Shown here in pieces: positions 19,081-27,840 of a stretch of DNA of 64,000 bases. The notes under the pieces are model-generated. The model did no database searches, was not told the DNA's origin, and saw only the letters and a list, made by a program, of their open reading frames with translations. The translations under genes and the position numbers were made by a program. The stretch's first letter is position 1. Each line of letters opens with the position of its first letter. Source of the DNA: Escherichia phage VEc74. The stretch lies in sequence record MT932213.1. One strand, written 5' to 3'.

Positions 19081-21171
19081 TTATCCTTGAACGAACTTGT
19101 AAGGCATGTTTGTAATATCTATGCAAGACGCAATAATTCCAAGAGATGATTCTACTTTCTGTTTAACATTTGATGAAACAAATGATGCAAAGTCAACTCT
19201 ATCTTCTATATCACCTGTCATTGTAACCAATTCACCAGTTTCCATTAAATGGTCTCCGTCATAGATTACCGATTCAGTGAGTTCTTCTGTGGTCATAACT
19301 TCAGCTTGAATGAGTTTTGTATTATTAGACGTGGTTCCGTCATTATTAGAAGCATCAATTATTTTATTAACTTTGACCATCAATCCGCGCGGTAGAATAA
19401 CTTCAGCTTCTGTTGCTATTCCGAGACTTCCTGGATATACAACATTAACTTTATGAGCTCCATCAATTGCCCATCCTATTTGAACTTTAACGTATTCAGG
19501 ATTTTCTTTATACGCTCTTATTTCGTTTGGATTAATAGTTATTCCTTCTTCATTTTTATCAACTGTTAATTCATTACGAGCTTCTGGTTCTAAAAGACCA
19601 ATACCAGCATGTGTAATTCCAAAACGTCCAAAAATGATAGGAGTTAAAGAAGTAGATACAAAATTTCTGAAATAGAACACTTTATTTTTAACTAGTGCTT
19701 CGTATATAGGAGCAGTCATACTTTGAGCACGATAAACTGTAATGCCTTCCGGTATGCGGTCACCATTTTCAAAAGCTGAATCTAAATTATTTATAGCAGA
19801 TTCAATTTCTTTTTCACTCATTACATCATATCGTTCTGGATTGTAACGACCTAAAAGAAGATTATTAATGTCTGTATATCCTGAACCGCAATATTCTCTA
19901 ATGCCACGCTTTTGTGATGGAGTATATTTAGAACCATCACGGGCAATAGTAATATCAATCATTGGACCAGCACCAATTCCAGAAAAGCTATAAATCATTC
20001 GTTTGAGGAATTTAGTTTTTGCTGCATTCCAGGCATTTTTAGTTATTTCTCCCCAGACTTCATCTGGCTGCCCTTTACGAGTTTTATTATGTTTATCAAG
20101 CCAATTATCTTTATATTCTTCAAAGAGTTGATTAACAGCTGCTGCGTATTTCTCTAAACATTTTATTGAAGTAGTTGGTTCATTTTTAATCGCATTAAGA
20201 ATTACATCTTTAATTTTTTCAGAAACTTCATCAACCTCACTTTTTGAAAAGAATTTATATTCATAGTGAAGTTCATTTGCAGTTCCTTCAGCAATAATTT
20301 TTGCTGCCTTAGTTTTAGAAGCTAATGAATTAATTCCAAGCTTCATTTCTTCTGCTTCGGGAATTAAAGGAGCAGTAGCAGGTTTATTAAAATTAGCTGC
20401 GGTAGATTCATACTTCTGGAATAATTCACTTTCAAATCTAGAAGATTCTAATGATTGACTTTGCGCAATTGCTCTACGGGAAATTTTAACTTTAACGATT
20501 ACAGCTTGATCAGAACGTTTATCATTTTCTTGCGCAATAGATGCTGCAATTGCCTCATTTTTAGTTACTTGAGCTCCAGTATCTTTATTGATATAAACAT
20601 CACCGACCTTCGATTCAACTTTAGTAAAGAGTTCGGTACTAATTTCCGGAACTCCTGGAATGTCTTCTAGTGATACATTTTTGCGATGTATAAGAATATA
20701 TGCATACTTTTTATCATAATCCCAGAGTTCCTTAAGAAGGACGTATCTGCCACCTGAACGACTACGGATAAGTCTATCAGCAATAACTTGAATTTGTCGA
20801 GCTTGACCAGCAGTTTTAGACTTAAGAATACGGAGCATACAAGCATCAATTTTATATTGACGCATTGTTTGCATTGCAACAGTAAAAACTGAATTGATAT
20901 AATTAATTGGACTTGGACCAAGACCTTTCAATTTAGCAATTGAACCTTTAGCAGTTAATGTAAAAGGAACAATATGCATCATTTTATCGCCCATCTTTAA
21001 ATCACGATTAGTATCACCTCCAGATGTATAGGTACATAAACGAAAGCCTGGTTGTTCAATTGCATCATCAACGTGAACTGAAAAAATTTGCGGTATTTTC
21101 TTCTTTGGATTTAAGTTTGTAATCGGAAGAGTAGTATCTTCGTCAAATAATTCTGTAATGAGTTCCATCAT
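19081..21171 (-). CDS. alt: Alt ADP-ribosyltransferase (head-packaged, RNA polymerase-modifying)
   Basis: 696-aa ORF; MELITELFDEDTTLPITNL...KKKIPQIFSVHVDDAIEQPGFRLCTYTSGGDTNRDLKMGDKMMHIV matches T4 Alt; ART motifs YRAQ, FVSTSL, ATEAEVILPRG. Confidence 0.9.
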   Translation of the reverse strand: MMELITELFDEDTTLPITNLNPKKKIPQIFSVHVDDAIEQPGFRLCTYTSGGDTNRDLKMGDKMMHIVPFTLTAKGSIAKLKGLGPSPINYINSVFTVAMQTMRQYKIDACMLRILKSKTAGQARQIQVIADRLIRSRSGGRYVLLKELWDYDKKYAYILIHRKNVSLEDIPGVPEISTELFTKVESKVGDVYINKDTGAQVTKNEAIAASIAQENDKRSDQAVIVKVKISRRAIAQSQSLESSRFESELFQKYESTAANFNKPATAPLIPEAEEMKLGINSLASKTKAAKIIAEGTANELHYEYKFFSKSEVDEVSEKIKDVILNAIKNEPTTSIKCLEKYAAAVNQLFEEYKDNWLDKHNKTRKGQPDEVWGEITKNAWNAAKTKFLKRMIYSFSGIGAGPMIDITIARDGSKYTPSQKRGIREYCGSGYTDINNLLLGRYNPERYDVMSEKEIESAINNLDSAFENGDRIPEGITVYRAQSMTAPIYEALVKNKVFYFRNFVSTSLTPIIFGRFGITHAGIGLLEPEARNELTVDKNEEGITINPNEIRAYKENPEYVKVQIGWAIDGAHKVNVVYPGSLGIATEAEVILPRGLMVKVNKIIDASNNDGTTSNNTKLIQAEVMTTEELTESVIYDGDHLMETGELVTMTGDIEDRVDFASFVSSNVKQKVESSLGIIASCIDITNMPYKFVQG

Positions 21172-21191
21172 ATCCTCTCTAGTGTTTATTC

Positions 21192-21199
21192 TATTTATA
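21192..21199 (-). promoter_or_regulatory. Late promoter TATAAATA (minus strand) upstream of alt
   Basis: Reverse complement of plus-strand tatttata, about 20 nt upstream of alt ATG with RBS AGAGAGGA between. Confidence 0.6.
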
Positions 21200-21206
21200 A
21201 AATTAA

Positions 21207-21220
21207 AGGCCCGAAGGCCT
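21207..21220 (-). terminator. GC hairpin (aggcccgaaggcct) downstream of the gene 30 operon
   Basis: Perfect stem, T-rich on minus strand. Confidence 0.5.
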
Positions 21221-21409
21221 TTAATAATCTATAGGTAAGAGAGTACGATATATTTCAAACTTTGGACCTTTTTCATAAGCATCAAAAGTTTCTGTGAATT
21301 TATTATAAGCATATGCATCGATAAATTCAATCATGATTTGTGATACAGAAGTAGAAACATCTCCACCTTCTTTTTGAGCCACGACAATTGTTTCTAAGTA
21401 AGCTTTCAT
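21221..21409 (-). CDS. Hypothetical small protein
   Basis: 62-aa ORF, ATGA overlap with the ligase stop. Confidence 0.4.
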   Translation of the reverse strand: MKAYLETIVVAQKEGGDVSTSVSQIMIEFIDAYAYNKFTETFDAYEKGPKFEIYRTLLPIDY

Positions 21410-22869
21410 AAACCAGTTACCTCATGAAAATCACCAAATACATCTTCGAACGTATTAGCTTTAGTTTTATCTTCGCGTAAACGAATCGCAATTGGAAGAA
21501 ATAATTTAACGTAATCAGTGCGGCCATCAGATTTTAACCAACCGTTGCATTCGCACTCTAGAATTTTTCCAATATAATAATTTTGGTTTTCCATAATGCG
21601 AGTACGGTCAAGTTCATGCGATTTTACACCGGCTTTATCTTTTAAGCCTGAACCAGCATTTACTTTAATTTTTCCACACTCTGACTCAAGAATAAATCCA
21701 CCTGCTTTAGTAGGGTCTTTACGGTGAGGATAAATTCCTACAATTTTTAAATCAACATCAATTACTTCTTTAAATTTATAGAGATTTTTTGAACGAGCAT
21801 TTTCCCATAATCCATCGATATTTTTGAGAATAATACCTTCAAGACCTTGGTCAATATACTTTTTATAAATTACCTTAGCTTCATCTAGGTTATTTACTAC
21901 CTGGTTTTCAATTAAAATTACTTTATCATATCCCGATGTCATTTGTTCTAGTTTAGAAAAACGTACATCATATTTCAAACGAAATGCTGGAAGACCGTAT
22001 ATTTCTACTAATGGAACATAATCCCAGACCTGAAACTTCATGCATTGTGCTTCTTTTTCTGAAATAGTTCCCTTTAAAGATTTATTGGCGATTCCATTAG
22101 AAGCAGTACGTGATTCAGCTACTTCAGCGAATTCTTTAACTTTACTGTTTTCAGGATGAGCATCAAAAAGAAAATCTAGGCCTTCTGGCTCCTTTTTAAC
22201 TTGCTCATGGTATACCAATTCGCCATCAATTAACACACCTTCTGGATGAATCTGGCGGGCTTCAGCGGTCATTTTGATTAACTCTTCTTTAAGAAGATCT
22301 AATCCTAGATATTCATTACCAGCTCGTGATAAAAGACGAACATCATCTAATTCATCGCCTCGGACTTCAGCAAAACACCGAGCTCCATCAGCTTTTAACT
22401 GCGCAAAAGCTGGAAACTTGATATTCTTACTAATGCCTTTTTCATCATAAGAACTTGCCAGCATTTGAGGTTGTTCAGGAATTAAACCTGGCCAAACTTT
22501 GTTTGCAATAGATACTGAAGCACCGCATTCAAGGTCTCGCATCATCACTCGACGCAAAACTTCAACATCATCTTTTTTACCATCGGTGATATATCCAGTT
22601 AATTCCTCAATTGCTGCATTTCCAGTCAATTTCCGAGTAGCTAATGTAAATTCAATGAAGTCAAGCATATCGGTAAGAGTCAACATTCCAAAACTCTGGG
22701 TAGCAATACCCGGTTTAGGCCATTTCTTGATATAATACTGTAACCCACGAGAATAAGTCAGACGATATACTCGTTTAAGCAATTCATTATCTTTATTCTT
22801 TTCAAGAATTGCTTGCTTCTGCTTAGTTGAACCAATAGATGCTATTTCGTTCAGAATTTTAAGAATCAT
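21406..22869 (-). CDS. 30: ATP-dependent DNA ligase gp30
   Basis: 487-aa ORF, T4 ligase length; N-terminus MILKILNEIASIGSTKQKQAILEKN; adenylation motif KADGAR. Confidence 0.95.
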   Translation of the reverse strand: MILKILNEIASIGSTKQKQAILEKNKDNELLKRVYRLTYSRGLQYYIKKWPKPGIATQSFGMLTLTDMLDFIEFTLATRKLTGNAAIEELTGYITDGKKDDVEVLRRVMMRDLECGASVSIANKVWPGLIPEQPQMLASSYDEKGISKNIKFPAFAQLKADGARCFAEVRGDELDDVRLLSRAGNEYLGLDLLKEELIKMTAEARQIHPEGVLIDGELVYHEQVKKEPEGLDFLFDAHPENSKVKEFAEVAESRTASNGIANKSLKGTISEKEAQCMKFQVWDYVPLVEIYGLPAFRLKYDVRFSKLEQMTSGYDKVILIENQVVNNLDEAKVIYKKYIDQGLEGIILKNIDGLWENARSKNLYKFKEVIDVDLKIVGIYPHRKDPTKAGGFILESECGKIKVNAGSGLKDKAGVKSHELDRTRIMENQNYYIGKILECECNGWLKSDGRTDYVKLFLPIAIRLREDKTKANTFEDVFGDFHEVTGL

Positions 22870-23135
22870 TGTTCATCCTTTAGAGTTTGGTTTACAGCTC
22901 TATTATAAATCAATTCATCATTAAGCTCAGTCAAAGACCTGTGGTACGTGGTTCTAACTTTATTTCCTTGCATCCAGTGCTTGACGTAAATGAAACCTTG
23001 CTCTACACATTTTTTAAAAATTCGTTCGTCTTTTTGAGCTCGGAATTCTGGATTGCATCTAAAAAATTGATTTACGTGACCGTAATCACGTGTAGTATTA
23101 CCTTCATTTTCATAAATAGTATGAACGACAAACAT
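22866..23135 (-). CDS. Hypothetical protein (T4 30.1 position)
   Basis: 89-aa ORF, ATGA overlap. Confidence 0.5.
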   Translation of the reverse strand: MFVVHTIYENEGNTTRDYGHVNQFFRCNPEFRAQKDERIFKKCVEQGFIYVKHWMQGNKVRTTYHRSLTELNDELIYNRAVNQTLKDEQ

Positions 23136-23989
23136 TAGAATGCTCCTTGGAAAATATTATCACCACTACCACTAGTAAGTCTATTAAAATACCCTGCGTC
23201 GCCAGGCTTAATATAACTCCACGTATGGAATGGATGCATCTGATGTGAGTGTGTATAATATGGATGATATGGATTATAAGGATTAAATCCAGGAGTTCTC
23301 CAGGTAGTGTTCCAACGAAAAGAATCATTTTTAATCATCTTTTCAATTACATCTTTTATAGCTTTTTCACTATCAAAACTTTCTTTATTTTCCTTCGGTG
23401 AAAAAAGCTTATTCTCTACATCGTTCCATGTATAAACTCGCTGAGCGATTTTTGGAATACTGTCACGTTCCCCTCGAGCCATCCAATACACAGGAACACG
23501 TAATATTTCACTCGCATGATCGCAGTGGTGAGCGAGATCGTCAATATAACAAATTACGTTATATTTCTCTTTTGCCTTTTTGAACAACTCTTCTTTTGAA
23601 GAATCATGACCACACATCATTACTTCTGAGAAGGCACCAGGAAAAAGAGCATTCAAATTAAATTGGCGATTCAACAGAGCGTCAATAGAATCACCCAATG
23701 CTGTAACAGCTACAAAATTATAATCTTCTTTTAATTTGTTAATTACACACAGAGCATCTTTATATGGAGACAAGTAACGAATAAAATCTGATCGATTGTA
23801 TTTTTCAATTAACTTGACGCCAAGTTCTTCATCACAGTTAAAGAGTTTACCAGGAGAAATAAATTTCTCATCCTGGATCATTTTTAAAATATGTTCTAAC
23901 GGAAGATTATATTTCTGAGCAAAATAAGGAAGGCCTGATTGCCAGCTTAAACATACTCCATCAATATCAGTTAAAATAGTAGGCTTCAT
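23135..23989 (-). CDS. HAD-superfamily phosphatase / 5'-nucleotidase-like protein (T4 30.2 position)
   Basis: 284-aa ORF; N-terminal LTDIDGV resembles HAD motif I (DxDG). Confidence 0.55.
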   Translation of the reverse strand: MKPTILTDIDGVCLSWQSGLPYFAQKYNLPLEHILKMIQDEKFISPGKLFNCDEELGVKLIEKYNRSDFIRYLSPYKDALCVINKLKEDYNFVAVTALGDSIDALLNRQFNLNALFPGAFSEVMMCGHDSSKEELFKKAKEKYNVICYIDDLAHHCDHASEILRVPVYWMARGERDSIPKIAQRVYTWNDVENKLFSPKENKESFDSEKAIKDVIEKMIKNDSFRWNTTWRTPGFNPYNPYHPYYTHSHQMHPFHTWSYIKPGDAGYFNRLTSGSGDNIFQGAF

Positions 23990-24450
23990 AGAGAGTCTCT
24001 TAATAGGTTTAACACATCAATAAATTCAGCTTCGGTTAGTATTGTATCATCTTTTGTTAGACCACTAGCCATGCTGTGCTTCAAAACTTTTCCTTTCGAG
24101 GCTTGTAATGCATCACGAAAGCCCTTGTTTTGGATCGCTGCTTCAAAATATGCATTTGTGTATAATTCTTTCCACGCTGGGGAGTATCTTGAAAACGGAA
24201 CTCCAAGCCAGAAGAGGGTCCCACGGTCCTGAGCTCTAGCATAAGACCTTCCAGCTTGTTGGGCGGCAAGCCCGGATAACCCAAATATACGACGTTGTTG
24301 TTCAACATTTTTCACCTTACACCCTTGGAGGAATCCTTCGAGACCTCCAAATTGAATACCATCCATAACGAAAGGCCAATGGGCGAAATTACTTAATGCG
24401 CATGATGGCCATCTAAAATTGCTTCTAATCTCTAACTCAGACATTTTCAA
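23986..24450 (-). CDS. NADAR/YbiA-like (DUF1768-type) protein (T4 30.3 position)
   Basis: 154-aa ORF; ALSNFAHWPFVMDGIQFGGLEGFLQGCK resembles the YbiA signature FSNFAAWP..DG...EHYFQAQK. Confidence 0.5.
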   Translation of the reverse strand: MKMSELEIRSNFRWPSCALSNFAHWPFVMDGIQFGGLEGFLQGCKVKNVEQQRRIFGLSGLAAQQAGRSYARAQDRGTLFWLGVPFSRYSPAWKELYTNAYFEAAIQNKGFRDALQASKGKVLKHSMASGLTKDDTILTEAEFIDVLNLLRDSL

Positions 24451-24643
24451 TGCTTATAATTTCAACATCAGCCCAATGACCATAGCAAGGAAGACGAAAT
24501 TCAACTGGCCAGTCACTGCCTTTTTCTAATATAATAGACTTAACTTGTGGTTCTTCGTGTTCATCGGTATACGGATTTTTATCTGTTACTTTATATGTGA
24601 CCTTAATGTACTGAATTCCAAAAATCTTATTAATTATATTCAT
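24437..24643 (-). CDS. Hypothetical protein
   Basis: 68-aa ORF in coupled small-gene array. Confidence 0.45.
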   Translation of the reverse strand: MNIINKIFGIQYIKVTYKVTDKNPYTDEHEEPQVKSIILEKGSDWPVEFRLPCYGHWADVEIISIENV

Positions 24644-24837
24644 ACTAATTCCTTTAATCCGTAAATAGGAGATAATTCATCACCCATACGAAGGTCTTCA
24701 TTTCCATCTACCCAGGAAACAATATAAGCCTCTTTTATTTGAATACCACTCCATTTAAATGGAGGTAGAACCTTAGAAATTAATCCAGGTATACCAACTC
24801 CCTTTAATTCAACAGTTTGACCTAAAAAGAATTTCAT
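24640..24837 (-). CDS. Hypothetical protein
   Basis: 65-aa ORF, ATGA overlap. Confidence 0.45.
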   Translation of the reverse strand: MKFFLGQTVELKGVGIPGLISKVLPPFKWSGIQIKEAYIVSWVDGNEDLRMGDELSPIYGLKELV

Positions 24838-25124
24838 TAGAACCTCATCTGAAAACCGTGCGATTTAACATTACCGCCGCCAATATCAGAAATGTTAATT
24901 TCACGCGCAATTGAAGGGTCAATGTCAATTTCGCGATTGAGTTTAGTGATAGCTAAAGTATCACGCCCATTTACTGTACGGAATTCTAAAGGACAAACCA
25001 CATCAACGTAGTTTTTAATCGATTCGCTAGTAGGTTGCAAATGTGCAGGAAGGTCTTTAGGTGCCTTTGAGAAAACCACTTCACAGAAATTTTTGCGGGT
25101 ATCAAAATAAGTAGTCATAAACAT
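24837..25124 (-). CDS. Hypothetical protein
   Basis: 95-aa ORF with RBS GAGGAAAA. Confidence 0.5.
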   Translation of the reverse strand: MFMTTYFDTRKNFCEVVFSKAPKDLPAHLQPTSESIKNYVDVVCPLEFRTVNGRDTLAITKLNREIDIDPSIAREINISDIGGGNVKSHGFQMRF

Positions 25125-25165
25125 AATATTTTCCTCAGTAAGGGGCCGAAGCCCCTCATTTATTT

Positions 25166-25543
25166 TTAAATATCAAATTCGTTAAGAACTACATCAAAGA
25201 TTGCTTCAAGATGCTCAGGTTTAGCTCTGTTACTCAGAATATGACGAATCCAAGTTTTAACTAAGAGTTTACGATTAACACCATTCCAGCAAGGATGAGT
25301 CCCTAAATCACGTTGACGGAAATCATCATCCAGAGCGATTTTAAAGTTGGAACCTTCCATCGTGATTGAAACCGTGATACCGTTTTCAAATCGCATATAA
25401 ACGTAGTTAGGAATCATATACTGTTCAATTTCGCATACTGATCCGTTTTGATGTTTCCAGAGGCAAATAGTATCAATAGAACCTGCAATACCATTAGAAA
25501 CATATTTACGTTCAAAGTTGATGTAGTTCATTTTATTCTCCAA
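25166..25543 (-). CDS. Hypothetical protein
   Basis: 125-aa ORF with RBS and upstream early promoter. Confidence 0.5.
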   Translation of the reverse strand: MENKMNYINFERKYVSNGIAGSIDTICLWKHQNGSVCEIEQYMIPNYVYMRFENGITVSITMEGSNFKIALDDDFRQRDLGTHPCWNGVNRKLLVKTWIRHILSNRAKPEHLEAIFDVVLNEFDI

Positions 25544-25579
25544 GATGTTTAATTACGGTACAGGTATATAATATCATAT

Positions 25580-25608
25580 CCTGTACCAAAGTAAACAATT
25601 ATTTTACT
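25580..25608 (-). promoter_or_regulatory. Early promoter (-35 GTTTAC, 17-bp spacer, -10 TATTAT) embedded in a perfect 8-bp inverted repeat
   Basis: Inverted repeat ggtacagg...cctgtacc at 25569-25599 brackets the -10 region. Confidence 0.45.
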
Positions 25609-25931
25609 ACTTTCCAATGCTGCATGTCAAGTTTACCAACTTTTTTCATCTTCTCAATTAAGCGTTCGGCACGTTGGCGAGCTGTAACATAATACCATTC
25701 ACCTAATTCATTTTGTTCAATTTTTCCAACGATTACTGTATTCAATTCATAAATCCAACCAGTAAAGAAATTATGAACTTGAATTGTAAAGGTGAAATCT
25801 GTTCCCATACCTTCTGTTGTTTCTACTTCAATAATATCACCTTCAACCGCCATTAAGAACCACATAGTTTCATCATATTTACCATTGAAGCATTTAGTTT
25901 TAACTGTAGCGTTCAGATTAATCGTTTTCAT
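25599..25931 (-). CDS. Hypothetical protein
   Basis: 110-aa ORF with RBS AAGGAGAA. Confidence 0.5.
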   Translation of the reverse strand: MKTINLNATVKTKCFNGKYDETMWFLMAVEGDIIEVETTEGMGTDFTFTIQVHNFFTGWIYELNTVIVGKIEQNELGEWYYVTARQRAERLIEKMKKVGKLDMQHWKVVK

Positions 25932-25958
25932 TTTATTCTCCTTTGTTTGTGTAAGATA

Positions 25959-25988
25959 ATACTATCACAAAGGAACCGTACTGTAAAC
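25959..25988 (-). promoter_or_regulatory. Early promoter (-35 GTTTAC, 18-bp spacer, -10 TAGTAT)
   Basis: Read on minus strand, just downstream of a terminator hairpin and A/T-rich UP-like tract. Confidence 0.55.
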
Positions 25989-26018
25989 AACTTTGTGCAA
26001 TCTTTGGAAAATAAAAAA

Positions 26019-26036
26019 GGACTCCCGAAGGAGTCC
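26019..26036 (-). terminator. GC hairpin (ggactcccgaaggagtcc) plus T-run
   Basis: Perfect 7-bp stem followed by TTTTTTATTTT on minus strand. Confidence 0.7.
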
Positions 26037-26041
26037 TCAAC

Positions 26042-26260
26042 TTATGCTTTCTGCTTACCAAAACGAGAAGCATCATCTCGAAGAACCGCACGTGCTCGGC
26101 GCATGATCTTCTCAACAGTTTGATTGATACGAGAGTTCGACCCACGCTTGTAACCAGCGCGTTTAGAATCACCAACTTTCTTTTCAACTGCTTTCTTTGC
26201 TTTAGCTTGTTTTGCCATTATAAATTCTCTTTTAAATGAAAATGCAGGACTTATTGGCAT
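26042..26260 (-). CDS. Small highly basic protein (58-72 aa; start may be the internal Met at 26218)
   Basis: MAKQAKAKKAVEKKVGDSKRAGYKRGSNSRINQTVEKIMRRARAVLRDDASRFGKQKA; Lys/Arg-rich; terminator directly downstream. Confidence 0.45.
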   Translation of the reverse strand: MPISPAFSFKREFIMAKQAKAKKAVEKKVGDSKRAGYKRGSNSRINQTVEKIMRRARAVLRDDASRFGKQKA

Positions 26261-26439
26261 TGCCTGCGCAAGCCCTCAAGGGGGTACTTAGGTTTTGAAT
26301 ATTTACCGACAGGATAACCATAAACCTCGTCATCATACCACCAAGACTTACACAGATAACACTTTTCTGACGCATGATAGTAACATTCAAGAGGTACACC
26401 GTAAAACTGCCGGGGTCTTAAAACTATAATGATTCGCAA
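26251..26439 (-). CDS. Hypothetical Cys-rich small protein
   Basis: 62-aa ORF with CYYH...CYLC motif; weak evidence. Confidence 0.3.
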   Translation of the reverse strand: MRIIIVLRPRQFYGVPLECYYHASEKCYLCKSWWYDDEVYGYPVGKYSKPKYPLEGLRRQCQ

Positions 26440-26506
26440 ATCATTAATCAGACAGTTCGACGGCTCCTCGATTTAGCTCACACTAAGGCAGTGAATCTCC
26501 AATAAA

Positions 26507-26755
26507 TTACTTCAATGTTACCACAAAGTGACGAACTGCTTTTCGTGCAGCAGAAGCCAGAGGCTTAGCATACTTAAGTTCATCTTTTTCCTGAAGCTCA
26601 GCAGCTAATGCAGTTTGAGCAGGATTCAGATGTTTGAAATAACGCAGGATTTCAAGAGCTTCGGCTTCAACATCAATAGATGCGCCATAGTTTTCGTGAC
26701 CATTATTCCATGCGTTTCGTTGCAGTTCAAGAGCGTGTTGTAATTGTTTAATCAT
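26507..26755 (-). CDS. rIII: rIII lysis-inhibition accessory protein
   Basis: 82-aa ORF; MIKQLQHALELQRNAWNNGHENYGASIDVEAEALEILRYF matches T4 RIII. Confidence 0.85.
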   Translation of the reverse strand: MIKQLQHALELQRNAWNNGHENYGASIDVEAEALEILRYFKHLNPAQTALAAELQEKDELKYAKPLASAARKAVRHFVVTLK

Positions 26756-26902
26756 TTAAAAATTCTCGTTAGAGATTAAAACTCGGTAGTCACGTTCTTC
26801 TGAATTTCATCTTCTTTCGACAGATCTCTCAGTTGTAGACTACCACATAGAATTGTTCGGTTAACTTATTATTCCGACACCCAATTCATATTATTATTTA
26901 TA

Positions 26903-27238
26903 TCACTTATAAAGACACGGAATAGCTTTATAGTGACAAGTAACGAATTTTTGTTTAATTTCTTTTGGCTGCTTAAGACCCAGAGCTACAAAAGGATGCG
27001 GAACATTTCGAATTTGACCAACTGGAAGAGAAGTCAAATCACCAACTTCGCAGAAACCTTCAGGAACATCAGGACCGACAGAGTGAACTACACACAGTTC
27101 AGGAACTTCACCTTGAACACGTTTACCGATAATAAGTCCTGATTCTGTGACTTCTTCATCGCCAGCTTGTGCAGGTTCAGAAACTAAAATAACATATTCA
27201 CCGACAGCACGAATTGGTAGCTGTTGTACTTCAGACAT
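26903..27238 (-). CDS. 31: Co-chaperonin gp31 (GroES-like, capsid folding)
   Basis: 111-aa ORF; [40 protein letters not shown] matches T4 gp31. Confidence 0.9.
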
Positions 27239-27294
27239 CGTTTTTCCTTTTTGTTAACAGATGAATTAATAATAACAAATAATTCTTAAAGCAT

Positions 27295-27603
27295 TTATTT
27301 ACCAATAAATTGGAGCAAATGCTCAACTTTCATACCATTAACGGAAATCAATTTGTCAATAGAAAAACCTCGCCATGCACCAAGTTCAACATCAAATACT
27401 GGAATCATGTCAGTAGATTCTTTCCTAGTAGATTCAGTCAATTTACCAGTTTGCATGGTTGGCATAAAGTCTGCATCACGAGTACCTTTCATAGTACGAA
27501 TAGTACCATCAGACTTTTCAAAAACTACGTTTGAAACACCCATGGACAATTTAGTTTTCAAAATTTCACGAATTGCTACTTTCTGCTCAGTTGTCAGTTT
27601 CAT
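27295..27603 (-). CDS. Hypothetical protein (T4 31.1 position)
   Basis: 102-aa ORF. Confidence 0.5.
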   Translation of the reverse strand: MKLTTEQKVAIREILKTKLSMGVSNVVFEKSDGTIRTMKGTRDADFMPTMQTGKLTESTRKESTDMIPVFDVELGAWRGFSIDKLISVNGMKVEHLLQFIGK

Positions 27604-27840
27604 TTATTTACCTATCACAGTTTTAATATGAGTTGTTCCACGTTCTTTAAGGGTGGAAAGTAATTTTTGGCATTTTTCTAAATCAGATTTCCAACTATAT
27701 GGTCTATCAATACTAGTCCAATCAGTTTTATAATACTGTTTCCATTTAGAGAAAAAATATTTCTTATACTCTACAGCAAATGAGATGTTCTCGTTAGAAT
27801 AAGAACTAATTGCTGTGAGCTTTACCAAACGAAATTTCAT
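27604..27840 (-). CDS. Hypothetical protein (T4 31.2 position)
   Basis: 78-aa ORF coupled to cd. Confidence 0.5.
   Translation of the reverse strand: MKFRLVKLTAISSYSNENISFAVEYKKYFFSKWKQYYKTDWTSIDRPYSWKSDLEKCQKLLSTLKERGTTHIKTVIGK

Noticed and set aside
25142-25155. GC hairpin ggggccgaagcccc looking like a plus-strand terminator
   Set aside because: There is no plus-strand gene upstream; on the transcribed minus strand it lacks a following U-run, so it is more likely an RNA stability or processing hairpin between two early genes than a terminator.
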